From assembly GCA_964016885.1 (NCBI GenBank), contig OZ024742.1:179676001-179740000 (forward strand): a stretch of 64,000 nt of DNA, given 5' to 3'. The DNA comes from Eledone cirrhosa. Its lineage: Eukaryota. The notes below the pieces were generated by a model, which saw only the letters and a program-made list of their open reading frames with translations, ran no database searches and was not told the DNA's origin. Below, in pieces: positions 12,763 to 25,245 of this stretch. The position numbers and the translations under genes are program-made. Numbering within the stretch: the stretch's first letter is position 1; every line of letters starts with the position of its first letter.

Positions 12763-15549
12763 TAATAAAAATAATAAATAAACAAAGAAACAGTTCCTTA
12801 TATTAAAAAATTCATCATTTTACGATCGTTTCTAGGATATATATGTTAGTGTTGGTATGCATATCCTATAGATCGATGTAAAATGTTTACAAACTATCAG
12901 AAGGAATATACATACCTACACATATATATGCTGCCTTCAGAAATAATGATATTTGTTTATTGAAAAAAACCAACAAAGAATTAATACAATAGGTCTGTTT
13001 GGGAACAGGCTTTGAATTGACCAATAGAAAGATAGTGAAGGTCAAGATGGTAAAATAGTAGTAAAAGAACCTTAATTTAGGGGTAGAGGAAGGTAGATTT
13101 CAGTTTTGGATGGAAAGAATATTATGAATGAAAGATTATTTTAGGGATGAAAATAGGTCATATGCTGTCTTCAGAAATAATTATATTTGTTCATTGAATA
13201 AAACCAACAAAGATTTAATATAATAGGTCTGTTTGGGAACAGGTTTTGAATTGACCAATAGAAAGGTAATAACTGGCTAAATGGTAAAATAGTAGTAATG
13301 GAACTTTAATTTAGGGGTAGAAGAAGGCAGATTTCAGTTTTGAATTGAAGGAGTATGAAGAATGAAAAGGTGATTTTAGGTCAGGCCGGTACACGAAAAA
13401 TTGCTGTTATAAAAAATAATGCCAATGTAAATATCTAAGGAGACTAAAATTTTACGATAAAAGTGTTAGTGAGAAAAATATATATGGAATTTACATCTAT
13501 GAAAAGAAAGTAAATTAATTAAATTGATAGGTATATTTATATTGATAAAATTATATTAATGCATATAGATATGATAAATAAGAGTTAGATGTAATTGAAG
13601 AGTGCTGTTAAAGACGAGGGGAAATAAAAAAAATATATATATATATAATTATTTGGGGAGGGGGGGGGGGGGTAAATTTATTAGTGAGAAATAACAAATA
13701 TATGGAGATTACAAGGAACATAGAATCATAACCTGAAATTAAAACAGTATATATGTATACTTAATGGTATCAATTTTAGGAAAAGATAGTTGTAAAAAGG
13801 AAAATAAAATTATGTAGTTCATTAGTAGTAGAATATTAATTATAGGTTAACTAAATTTAAAAAATGTTATTATAATAATTTCTAAAGTGTATATTAATTA
13901 GGTTTATAATATTTAAAGGTTTTTCTCAGTTTATGATTACACGATATTATTAATTCCTTTCGCTTATTTAATAGGATATCCTTAGATTTCATTATTTCGA
14001 AAAGTTCTTGGGAACACAATCTACATTCATATCTATTATTTTGTTAAGGGGTGGCGCTTTTGAGCACACTCCAGGTCAGGTCATAATCTATATTCCTTTT
14101 TCTATAATTATTAATTATTTCAGCTAAAGATGTTGTATTAGCTAATGCGGCATTTTTAAAACTGTGTTTGTGGGTATTAAATCTTACTTTAAATTGGTTA
14201 GAGGTAGCTCCTATATATGAATAAATTGAGTCCTTAGTGTTAACTTTACATTTATATACTATGTTATTAACAAGGCAATTTCCTTTTAATGGGCAATTTG
14301 CTTTGTTTCTACAGTTACAACTTTTCGTGAATCCTGTATCAGAGGAGAAATTATGGTTAGTTTGATGTATTGGTGGTATACTCATGGTTGTTTTACATTT
14401 ATATGCATTATAGGCACTTATATTTTGTTTTATGTTTTTTGTTGTTGAGTAGGAGAATTTAACCGTTGATCTATTTAAAATATGATGGTATTTGTGGCTT
14501 GGTGGGAAGTTCTTCTCTAGGATATTAAAACATTTTTTAGGTATATTATCTTTAATTTGTAAATTAAATGGAGCATTATACCAAGTAACTCGTCTATTAC
14601 GGTTTCGATGTTGTTTATTATTTTTATAGGATGTATCCTGATGTTTATTAAGAGAATTAGTATTAGTGATTTTATTACACATATTTTTAGTTAGATTCAT
14701 TGATTTAGGTGTTTTAGCCTGTTTATTAGGAATTTTGTTATTAGCATATATTGGAATATTAGGATGAATGGTTTTTTGAAAGTTACTATATTGTATATTA
14801 GAAGAGTTAGAGAAATTAAGTTTTATGTTGGTATTTTGGGGTATAGTGTGAGTGGCATTTAGGTGTGTATGTTTCATTTGGTGTTTGTTGGTAATATTAG
14901 GTTGTATGTTTGTAGTGTTATTGGTACAAGGTATATATACTAATTTATTTTTGTGGCCACTTCTAGCTAAAGCTTCGTTATAAAAGGTCGCATTTTTATC
15001 AAATACATCCTGGTTAGACGAAAGGTTAGAAATTCTGAGTGAGATATTATATGCTAGGTTTTTAAGGATAGATTTAGGGTGATTAGATTGTGAGTGTATG
15101 TAATGTAAGTTTTGATTAGGTTTATGGTAAGGTTGGTAGATACCCGTAGATAAGTCTAATGTTATATCTAGGAAATTAACTACTTTACTTGTGTTTTCAA
15201 ATGTAATATCTAGACTATAATAGTCTTTGAGGAAAGTTCTAATAAGCTTTTTATTTTTTTCAATCTCTGAAAGGCTAAGGTTATTGGAAAGAAGAAGACA
15301 GTCGTCACGATATAAACCACCTTTAAGTTGGGGAAAGGAAGCATTTATGTTAAAAAGAAGAAAGAGGCCCACAAGATCAGTAATTTGGGCAGAATCACTT
15401 GAGCCCATAGTAATGTCGAATAGATTACTATATGTGTTTCTGGTCCAGTATTCATTTTGAAATTCCAGTAGTGTTTGTCTAGCATGTGTAATAATATTAA
15501 TGTCATCCAAAGTTAAGTTAGATCTATTTTTGGCAAATAGATCTAACTT
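12757..15549 (-). mobile_element. Penelope-like element (Hydra-clade-like), 5'-truncated; left arm of the palindrome
   Basis: ORF 14044..15594: FDITMGS.DSA, GLYRDD, VNFLDITL, SNHP (PLE RT and thumb); CNCRNKANCPLKGNC; NIVY...YIG...FKVRFNTH (GIY-YIG). The 3' end abuts (TA)n. Confidence 0.9.
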
Positions 15550-18247
15550 GTGGGCCTCTTTCTTCTTTTTAACATAAATGCTTTGTTTCCCCACCTTAAA
15601 GGTGGTTTATATCGTGACGACTGTCTTCTTCTTTCCAATAACCTTAGCCTTTCAGAAATTGAAAAAAATAAAAAGCTTATTAGAACTTTCCTCAAAGACT
15701 ATTATAGTCTAGATATTACATTTGAAAACACAAGTAAAGTAGTTAATTTCCTTGATATAACATTAGACTTATCTACGGGTATCTACCAACCTTACCATAA
15801 ACCTAATCAAAACTTACATTACATACACTCACAATCTAATCACCCTAAATCTATCCTTAAAAACCTAGCATATAATATCTCACTCAGAATTTCTAACCTT
15901 TCGTCTAACCAGGATGTATTTGATAAAAATGCGACTTTTTATAACGAAGCTTTAGCTAGAAGTGGCCACAAAAATAAATTAGTATATATACCTTGTACCA
16001 ATAACACTACAAACATACAACCTAATATTACCAACAAACACCAAATGAAACATACACACCTAAATGCCACTCACACTATACCCCAAAATACCAACATAAA
16101 ACTTAATTTCTCTAACTCTTCTAATATACAATATAGTAACTTTCAAAAAACCATTCATCCTAATATTCCAATATATGCTAATAACCAAATTCCTGATAAA
16201 CAGGCGAAAACACCTAAATCAATGAATCTAACTAAAAATATGTGTAATAAAATCACTAATACTAATTCTCTTAATAAACATCAGGATACATCCTATAAAA
16301 ATAATAAACAAAATCGAAACCGTAATAGACGAGTTACTTGGTATAATGCTCCATTTAATTTACAAATTAAAAATAATATACCTAAAAAAATGTTTTAATA
16401 TCCTAGAGAAGAACTTCCCGCCAAGCCACAAATACCATCAAATTTTAAATAGATCAACGGTTAAATTCTCCTACTCAACAACCAAAAACATAAAACAAAA
16501 TATAAGTGCCTATAATGCATATAAATGTAAAACAACCATGAGTATACCACCAATACATCAAACTAACCATAATATCTCCTCTGATACAGGATTCACGAAA
16601 AGTTGTAACTGTAGAAACAAAGCAAATTGCCCATTAAAAGGAAATTGCCTTGTTAATAACATAGTATATAAATGTAAAGTTAACACTAAGGACTCAATTT
16701 ATTCATATATAGGAGCTATCTCTAACCAATTTAAAGTAAGATTTAATACCCACAAACACAGTTTTAAAAATGCCGCATTAGCTAATACATCTTTAGCTGA
16801 AATAATTAATAATTATAGAAAGAGGAATATAGATTATGACCTGACCTGGAGTGTGCTCAAAAGGGCCACCCCTTATCAAAATAATAGATATGAATGTAGA
16901 TTGTGTTCCCAAGAACTTTTTGAAATAATGAAATCTAAGGATATCCTATTAAATAAGCGACAGGAATTAATAATATCGTGTAATCATAAACTGAGAAAAA
17001 CCTTTAAATATTATAAACCTAATTAATATACACTTTAGAAATTATTATAATAACATTTTTTAAAATTTAGTTAACCTATAATTAATATTCTACTACTAAT
17101 GAACTACATAATTTTATTTTCCTTTTTACAACTATCTTTTCCTAAAATTGATACCATTAAGTATACATATATACTGTTTTAATTTCAGGTTATGATTCTA
17201 TGTTCCTTGTAATCTCTATATATTTGTTATTTCTCACTAATAAATTTACCCCCCCCCCCAATAATTATATATATATATTTTTTTATTTCCCCTCGTCTTT
17301 AACAGCACTCTTCAATTACATCTAACTCTTATTTATCATATCTATATGCATTAATATAATTTTATCAATATAAATATACCTATCAATTTAATTAATTTAC
17401 TTTCTTTTCATAGATGTAAATTCCATATATATTTTTTTCACTAACACTTTTATCGTAAAATTTTAGTCTCCTTAGATATTTACATTCGCATTATTTTTTT
17501 ATAACAGCAATTTTTCGTGTACCTTTTACCGACCTGACCTATTTTCACCCCTAAAATCACCTTTTCATTCTTCATACTCCTTCCATTCAAAACTGAAATC
17601 TGCCTTCTTCTACCCCTAAATTAAAGTTCCATTACTACTATTTTACCATTTAGCCAGTTATTACCTTTCTATTGGTCAATTCAAAACCTGTTCCCAAACA
17701 GACCTATTATATTAAATCTTTGTTGGTTTTATTAAATGAACAAATATAATTATTTCTGAAGACAGCATATGACCTATTTTCATCCCTAAAATAATCTTTC
17801 ATTCATAATATTCTTTCCATCCAAAACTGAAATCTACCTTCCTCTACCCCTAAATTAAGGTTCTTTTACTACTATTTTACCATCTTGACCTTCACTATCT
17901 TTCTATTGGTCAATTCAAAGCCTGTTCCCAAACAGACCTATTGTATTAAATCTTTGTTGGTTTTTTTCAATAAACAAATATCATTATTTCTGAAGATAAA
18001 ATAAAGTACCAGTAATGCACTGGGTAATTGCTGGCCTTGTGCCTAAAGTAGAAACAATTATTTCTGAAGACAGCATATATATGTGTAGGTATGTATATTC
18101 CTTCTGATAGATTGTAAAAATTTTACATAGATCTATATGATATGCATACCAACACTAACATATATATCCTAGAAACGATCGTAAAATGATGAATTTTTTA
18201 ATATAAGGAACTGTTTCTTTGTTTATTCATTATTTTTATTAATTTAT
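15547..18247 (+). mobile_element. Penelope-like element, 5'-truncated; right arm of the palindrome
   Basis: ORFs 15550..16398 and 16346..17026 (one frameshift) are nearly identical to the left arm. The 3' UTR carries an internal tandem duplication of about 235 bp. Confidence 0.9.
17995..18060 (+). mobile_element. 5'-truncated SINE (family 1) inserted in the right arm only
   Basis: Flanked by a 14-bp duplication, attatttctgaaga, at 17983-17996 and 18057-18070. Absent from the left arm. Confidence 0.85.
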
Positions 18248-18382
18248 CTTGACTCTGTTTTCCTGTATTTTTCATCGAAAAAAATATTTTGAATACATCT
18301 CTTTTCATGATATTCGGATTACATTGAGTTCTTCATACGGATTGGACACTACCGTACATTTTGGTAGATATATCTATATATA

Positions 18383-18477
<95 letters not shown>

Positions 18478-18596
18478 CTGAGACTACGAGCTGAGGATCC
18501 GGTATGGTGAACTAACTGTTGTGTAACCACCTCTACCTAACTCGTCCCTTGGACTGAGTGCTCTACCACTACGGATATTACCTTCCAGTGTTCTAC

Positions 18597-18656
<60 letters not shown>

Positions 18657-18950
18657 CGTGCCTAATTTTGCAAATTCCACAACCTTCACCACTAATTGAT
18701 TTTACATGTCTTTAAATTTTTATATATATATATATAACGAACTAGATTCGTATCAGCAAGGTTATAGTTATAAGGTTGGTAATTTAAAACTCTACTTCAG
18801 AGATTTGATTCTGACTTAGTTTTTTTCTGTTTAATTGCTAACCTGTATGTATTATTCTCCATATAGTAACGGTTAAACTCACATGTAATAATTCTTTACA
18901 CACATCTCACTGTGTAACACTCTTCTCGCTGTGTAATATATTTATATATA

Positions 18951-19026
<76 letters not shown>

Positions 19027-19269
19027 TATATATAATTGGTCTTGGATGCTTAAAGCGTCCGTTTGCGGTAGGCCGCTTGAGCACTCGATGCTCTCATAGA
19101 GCAGAGTATTCATATCACAGAAAAAAGAGAATCAGTGTTGAGACGAATGGAATTTATTGGACATATTACAATCGTTTCTCTGGCGACCAGCTCGACGCAC
19201 GATCGATGTGATGATCGAACCTGACTCTGGAAATCGCAAGGTCCTCAGATACGTCTTGATTCTATGAAG

Positions 19270-20212
19270 CAGATTTTCCTTGCGATTCTAATAGTTGAGA
19301 AATGGATTGATAAGTTGATAAAGGTAGTTAGCGTAAGTGACAGAATTATCAAGCTTTGAATAGCTGTAGGAAATAGAATGGTGTCAATTACATCTATCTA
19401 TGCTCCACAGACAGGACTGAGTAAAGAACAACAGGACAGGTTATATGAGGAACTTTTACTGACACCCTCAGTTACTGATGAAAGAGACCTCATCATCTTG
19501 GCAGGCGACTTCAATGAACATGTGGACAGTACCAGGGCGGATTCACTGGAGTTCATGGCTCTATAATGGTTATGGCTCAGTAAATGAAGAGTGAGCGAGG
19601 CTCCTGGATTTCTGTGATGCAAATGAACTAATGATGTGCAACACATATTTCAGGAAACACGCCAGCCACCTGATCACATGCCAATCAGATAAACTCACAA
19701 ACCAGATTGATTTCTTACTTGTAAAACAACGAGATAGACAGACAGTCAATCATAAATCTGAGGCCTTCTCTTGGGAAGAATGTTCTGCCCAACAGAAGTT
19801 AGTTATTAGTGACATCAGGATCAACAGAAGACTGACACACAGGAAAATATGGTGACGGAAAGTTTGGAAGCTAAAAGACATTTCTGTTACACATAGGTTG
19901 AGAAAGGCCCCACAAGGAGACGAGTTAGATACATATAACATAGATGACATTTGGAAATTCTAGCGTGATAACCTATTGCAAATTACTGATGAGACTTGTA
20001 GCTGGAGCAAAGCGCCAGTCAGACAGATGGTGACCTGATGGTGGAACAGAACAGTGTATAGAATCCTTAAAGCCATGAAACAGATGTGGAAATTTTGGCA
20101 AAATGGGTGTAGCAGAGGCCAGTATCAAGTAGCTAAAAATGAAGCTAGACGACAGGTATACATACTTTGGAATGAGGTTAAAGAAAGAAAGTTTGCCAAT
20201 ATCTTGTGTCAT
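19270..20212 (+). pseudogene. RTE-clade LINE endonuclease fragment
   Basis: SIYAPQTG, IILAGDFNEHV, MCNTYFRK...HLIT, QIDFLLV. Confidence 0.8.
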
Positions 20213-20668
20213 ATGGTCCGAGTGACTGATACTTTTTTTTCTACACCTCTCACTTCATTACGTATCACATGCATATACCAATTCAATTCTCTCTCTTGTA
20301 TGCTACATTCAATTTCTCATGTAATCAACCTTTCTCTTAGTTCATTTGTACTCTGTTGTTCACACACACTAAAATTACACATCCAGTGAAGCATAAATGC
20401 TTCATTTATTCTTTGATATCATCTGTCATGTAACATAGCAGTTAGAAACATTTCCACAGAGAGAAAAACCTTTTGTGGCCAACAGATGTAACAGTATCCT
20501 GAAGTTCATCCATCCTTGTTCACTAAATATAGTGCAACTAAATATAAATGTTTGTTACAGATACACACCCACATACACACTTGCATATACAGACACACAC
20601 TCACAGACATCGTCACACATTAATACACACTAACACTCACGCATATATATATATATATATGTGTGTGT

Positions 20669-20700
<32 letters not shown>

Positions 20701-20814
20701 TAATAAAAGGAATTCCAACTTTGTCTGATTTACTCGTTTTATTTACAATCCTTTAAATTTATAATGGTATTATAATGAAATAGTATGGCAGAATATTAAA
20801 TGTTAAATATTAAT

Positions 20815-20853
20815 TGAACAAGTACTTTCATGCTTTCGCAATCTTCAGGTTCA
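20815..20853 (-). ncRNA. Minimal type I hammerhead ribozyme motif
   Basis: tgaac CTGAAGA t tgc-gaaa-gca t GAAA gtac TT gttca. Confidence 0.8.
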
Positions 20854-20918
20854 CATTCAGTGGTGACAGTCAAGTTGGCAATTTTCAATTGTGTGTGTAT
20901 ATATATATATGTGTGTGT

Positions 20919-21434
20919 GTATAAATATTTCGTATCTCCAAAGAAATACAGTTTTAGGAAGCCGTAGCACCGGGGGGGGGGGGGGGGGGGGGGGCTAACG
21001 CCCTCTGCTGATGTCCAGCAGAAGAAAGGGGGACAACCGTCTATGCATTTCAGGCTTAACTGGCCATCGTCAGGACGGTCCCTCCCACCGCTTGCGACTG
21101 CTGGACTAGAAGACAGCCGAGAATATATACTTTTCTCGTCTGTGTAAATGAGGTGATTAATCTCATTTGCATATGAAGCTGCATAAGTTGGCTCAACTTA
21201 TAATAAAAAAGAAATAGGATTTCGTTTCAAGCATAGCTTTATACAATATGTATAAATATTTCGTATCTCTATTTATACATATTGTATAAAGCTATGCTTG
21301 AAGTGAAATCCTATTTCTTTTTTTATTAGCCCACCAGTGTTTGCATAGCTACGGCTTCCTAAAATTGCATTTCTTTGGCGATACGAAATATTTATACATA
21401 TTGTGTAAAGCTATGCTTGAAGCGAAATCCTATT

Positions 21435-21440
<6 letters not shown>
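20919..21440 (-). mobile_element. Retrozyme-like family A locus 1: about 331-bp unit with terminal redundancy and inverted end pieces
   Basis: ataaatatttcgtatctc occurs at 20921 and 21252. 21270-21440 are reverse-complement pieces of the unit. Flanked by (TA/TG)n. Confidence 0.75.
21036..21079 (-). ncRNA. Minimal type I hammerhead ribozyme (family A)
   Basis: accgtc CTGACGA t ggc-cagttaa-gcc t GAAA tgca TA gacggt. Confidence 0.85.
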
Positions 21441-21491
<51 letters not shown>

Positions 21492-21754
21492 CTAGGAATA
21501 TATTCCTGACACGTCTGATCTAATGATAATCCACGCCATGCTCTGATTGAGATGTTCATCCACCTCACAATGACCTAGAATATCACTTAATTAAAACTAT
21601 ATATATAGCTTCAAATTATCGATTAAATAACAACTGACCACTTATATACACTCTACAAATCTAAACTTGATCTACCCCCATTCTCTCTATTATCTAAAAT
21701 TTGATCTCATATCAATAAATAATTAAGTTCTAACAATATCTAATATCATAATAT

Positions 21755-22030
21755 GAAAGCTCGGTACTTAATATTTAGGATGCTCATCTCACAATTGTAA
21801 GGTCATCAGTTTGATTCCCAGTGAATTCGATTTCTTTTGTGTCTTTGAGCAAGACATTTTATTTCACATTCCCCCAGTTCACGTAGCAGGAATAAAATGA
21901 GTTGTACCTGTAATTCGAAGGGCCAGACCTCTCACTCACTGTGTCATGCTGAATCTCCCTGAGAATTTAGTTAAGAGTACACATGTTTGTGGAACACGTC
22001 CATTTCCATGTTAATTTAACGAGTAGGCTA
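21755..22030 (+). mobile_element. Decayed tRNA-derived SINE (family 2)
   Basis: Core tgtgtctttgagcaagacattttatttcac is shared with 30488-30705. Confidence 0.55.
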
Positions 22031-22189
22031 TTTTATTGTTTTATTACCTATTTCTTCTACTTCTATCTGCCTAACCTCTATGTCAATTATCCTGCTCCTC
22101 ATCGATCTTTAATCTCTTGATACGTGCATCAATCAATATTTCTTGAAATATCTACAGCCACCTTCAGTGTACTTCATTTCCTCCTTATC

Positions 22190-22830
22190 CATACCTTTGG
22201 TCATGTTTAAAAGGTGAAACCATGAAAGCAAAGAGGCAGGCCCGAAAAGACTGATAAAAATGGTAACGGAAAGCAATGAAAATGCCTCAAAGAGAGGCTC
22301 AGAGAAATATTTACTTAGGAAAGGAAGAAGTAGAAAAGAGGTTCGCATCAGATGCGTGAGGATTTCCTGATTGTGAGACAGTGTTTTACAGGAAATGAAG
22401 ACGGGTTAAGGAACAGTGTGTTCGGAATGTTAGTGGAGCACTTGCTCTAACGGATGCCAAAACAAAAGAGACCTGAAAGATATATTACAGGAGACTGTAG
22501 AACGTAGAGAATAAATAGGACAGCGAGGGATCTCAATAGGATCTCAATTGAGCAACTAGTCATGAAAGTTGATAGAAATGTAATCGACAAAGTGATTAAG
22601 AAAGGCAACTAAACCATCAGGTAGTTACTGGGGGAAGGTAGCTGAACCATCTGGTAGTTGCTGAGATGTTAAAAACATCTGGCATGATTGGTTATGTGCC
22701 AGCCAGACGCATAATTAATCAGGTGATAGAATATGGGGTCATGCCCAATGATAGGCACAGTAGTATTGCTGTAGAGTGTTACTAGGGCAAAGGAGAGGCC
22801 CCAGAGAGAGGTAACTTTGAAGGACTAGAT
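22190..22830 (+). pseudogene. RTE-clade LINE fragment (region upstream of RT)
   Basis: Decayed MPND.HSSIAVECY*GKGEA.ERGNF motif at about 22741-22820. Confidence 0.55.
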
Positions 22831-23096
22831 TATGAAACAGTTGTTGAAATGGTTTCATCTGGATACATAAATCAATCAATATTTGAAGGATTAAACAGAC
22901 ATGAAAACGCTAAACAAATGATTAATTAATCATATATTTATGTGTTCATAGTGAATATCATTTTCAGTTTCAGTTTCTTCTTGTGTGTATGTGTTTGATC
23001 CATGACGAATTTCCTGTGGTTGTTGCAAAAAGTAGGCCTAAAATTCCAACAGTTGTTGTAGTTGTTGTTGTAGCAGAAACAATCATAGGGTGTCGA

Positions 23097-23300
23097 CAGT
23101 CGATCGACTTTCGTCAAATCGGACCGAAGAAACAATGTTTCCGTTGCTAATACTATCTATCGGTCGCAACTCCAGGTAGAAGGAGCAACGTGAAATAAAG
23201 TGTCTTGCCCAAGGACATAGCGCATCGCCTGGTCCGGGAATGGAACTCACAACTTCACGATTGCGAATCCAATTCTCTAACCACTCAGCCACACGCCTGG
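23097..23300 (-). mobile_element. tRNA-derived SINE (family 2)
   Basis: A box tggctgagtggttag and B box gagttccattcc on the minus strand. Near-copy of 30488-30705. Confidence 0.8.
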
Positions 23301-23393
23301 TTGTATGTGAATCGAAATTCCAAGCGGAACCGCTGTTCTTGCCGTACTTTCAGCAGGAACATGTAGGCATCAGACATTTGTGTGATTATTATT

Positions 23394-23946
23394 TGGCAGT
23401 ATCGGTAGAGCGTCAGACATCATGTTTTGTGGCATAGAGTTATGACCCTTTACGTTCTGAGTTCAAATCCCGCCGAGGTTAACTTTGCCTTTCATCCTTA
23501 CGGGGGTCGATAAAATAAAGTACCAGTAATACACTGGCATAATTACTGGCCTTGTGCCAAAAAGTAGAAACAATTATTTGGCAATATCAGTAGAGCGTCA
23601 GACATCATGCTTTACGGCATAGAGTTATGACCCTTTACGTTCTGAGTTCAAATCCCGCCGAGGTTAACTTTGCCTTTCATCCTTACGGGGGTCGATAAAA
23701 TAAAGTACCAGTAATACACTGATTTAATTACTGGCCTTGTGCCAAAAAGTAGAAACAATTATTTGGCAGTATCAGTAGAGCGTCAGACATCATGCTTTGC
23801 GGCATAGAGTTATGACCCTTTACGTTCTGAGTTCAAATCCCGCCGAGGTTAACTTTGCCTTTCATCCTTACGGGGTCGATAAAATAAAGCACGAGTAATG
23901 CACTGGGATAATTGCTGGCCTTGTGCCAAAAGTAGAAACAATTATT
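23394..23946 (+). mobile_element. Three head-to-tail SINE family 1 units (about 185-bp period)
   Basis: A box tggcagtatcggtag, B box gagttcaaatcc, core gcctttcatccttacggggtcgataaaataaagtacc, attatt tail. Confidence 0.9.
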
Positions 23947-24262
23947 TATTTGTTTGTCATGATAAAAGTGATTTCACGTAGAATTTTAGGGATCCTAATT
24001 TTAAAGTACCATTGAAAGAAAGAAGGATGTATGTTGTTTTCTTAGGAGGTCGCCACTGTAACGGGCATGTCATGAAAGATGTATACAATGTAATGGTGTG
24101 TAAAGAATGTATGATTATAAATATGGGGGATTCACGAAACTTCATTTTGTGCTCATTACTTATGTTTTGACGAAACAGTTGATAACAATGAACAGAGAAA
24201 AAGAATGCATCTGTTTGTTGAAAATAGAGTTATATATTTCGTCCATTATTGCATTTGATTTG

Positions 24263-24453
24263 GTGGTGGATTGGCAGAATCGGTAGAGGGTTGGACGCCA
24301 TGCTTTGACGCATAGAGTTACGGCCCTTGTCATTCTGAGTTCAAATCCCGCCGAAGTTAACTTTGCCTTTCATCCTGACGGGGTCGATAAAATAAAGTAC
24401 CAGTAATACACTGGGATAATTGCTGGCCTTGTGCCAAAAGTAGAAACAATTAT
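24263..24453 (+). mobile_element. SINE family 1
   Basis: Full match to the family motifs. Confidence 0.9.
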
Positions 24454-24849
24454 TGCATTTGATTTGAAACTACTTTAAAATTGTTGGATATTTCATGAAA
24501 ACCACAAGGTTAACAATATAAGGATCGTGACAAATTGATGAATCAACATTGCGAACTACAGAACATTTGTTTTAGATGAAGGGCATAGACGTTTGAACAG
24601 ATAAACAATGTTGGTGGTGACAGGTATCGAAACGTGTAAAAATAAAACGAATTGGCTATGTAGCCGGTAAATCCTAAAGGGTCGCAACACACATCGCTAT
24701 AGTGTTTCACCAGCCCCTTCCTTCCTCAATCATTCATAGATGTGTATGTAATAATTATTTTATATAATGTGTCTATTTATGAATATGTATGAGTAGATGT
24801 GTGTGTGTGTGTGGGGTGGAGTGGGGGCTGTACTTCTGTTGTCTGTATA

Positions 24850-25245
24850 ATAATAATATTAGAATGATTGTGTACAGTGCTCAGGTGCACTACAACTCAT
24901 CAAAGGTGCATGTATAGTACATAGAATAATGTTCAAATGTCAGGAAAATGAACAGTGTATGAGTCATGAAATACATGTGTGCGTGTGTATGGAGGGGGGA
25001 TATCAGGTGTAATGTTGGCGAATTTCAGCATGGAGGTTTTAAAGGATGCAGTGTCTCGACAGCTAACAACTGATGCAGGTAGTTTGTTCCATGCTTCAGC
25101 AACTCTGAGCGTGAAAAAATGTTTCCGAAAGTCATGGGAGCTGTGCTGTTTTCTGACTTTGTAGGCATGCCCACGTGTGTTAGACACATGGGATTCAAAA
25201 ATGTGCTCAGGGTTGTTGTTGACAAGATGGTTAATAATTTTGTGG
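24850..25245 (-). mobile_element. CR1-type LINE 3' end
   Basis: NTRGHAYKV...RKHFFTLRVAEAWNKLP...SFK, the typical CR1 ORF2 C-terminus. Confidence 0.8.

Noticed and set aside
14044-15594. 516-aa ORF as an intact gene
   Set aside because: Its N-terminus is antisense sequence from the other arm, the RT is 5'-truncated, and there is a premature stop.
18486-18545. CTGAGGA...GAAC hammerhead-like string (also 53592-53674 and 59724-59762)
   Set aside because: The core is incomplete or stem III cannot form.
23394-23946. Possible tRNA gene cluster
   Set aside because: The A and B boxes belong to SINE heads; there is no cloverleaf, and a SINE core and tail follow.
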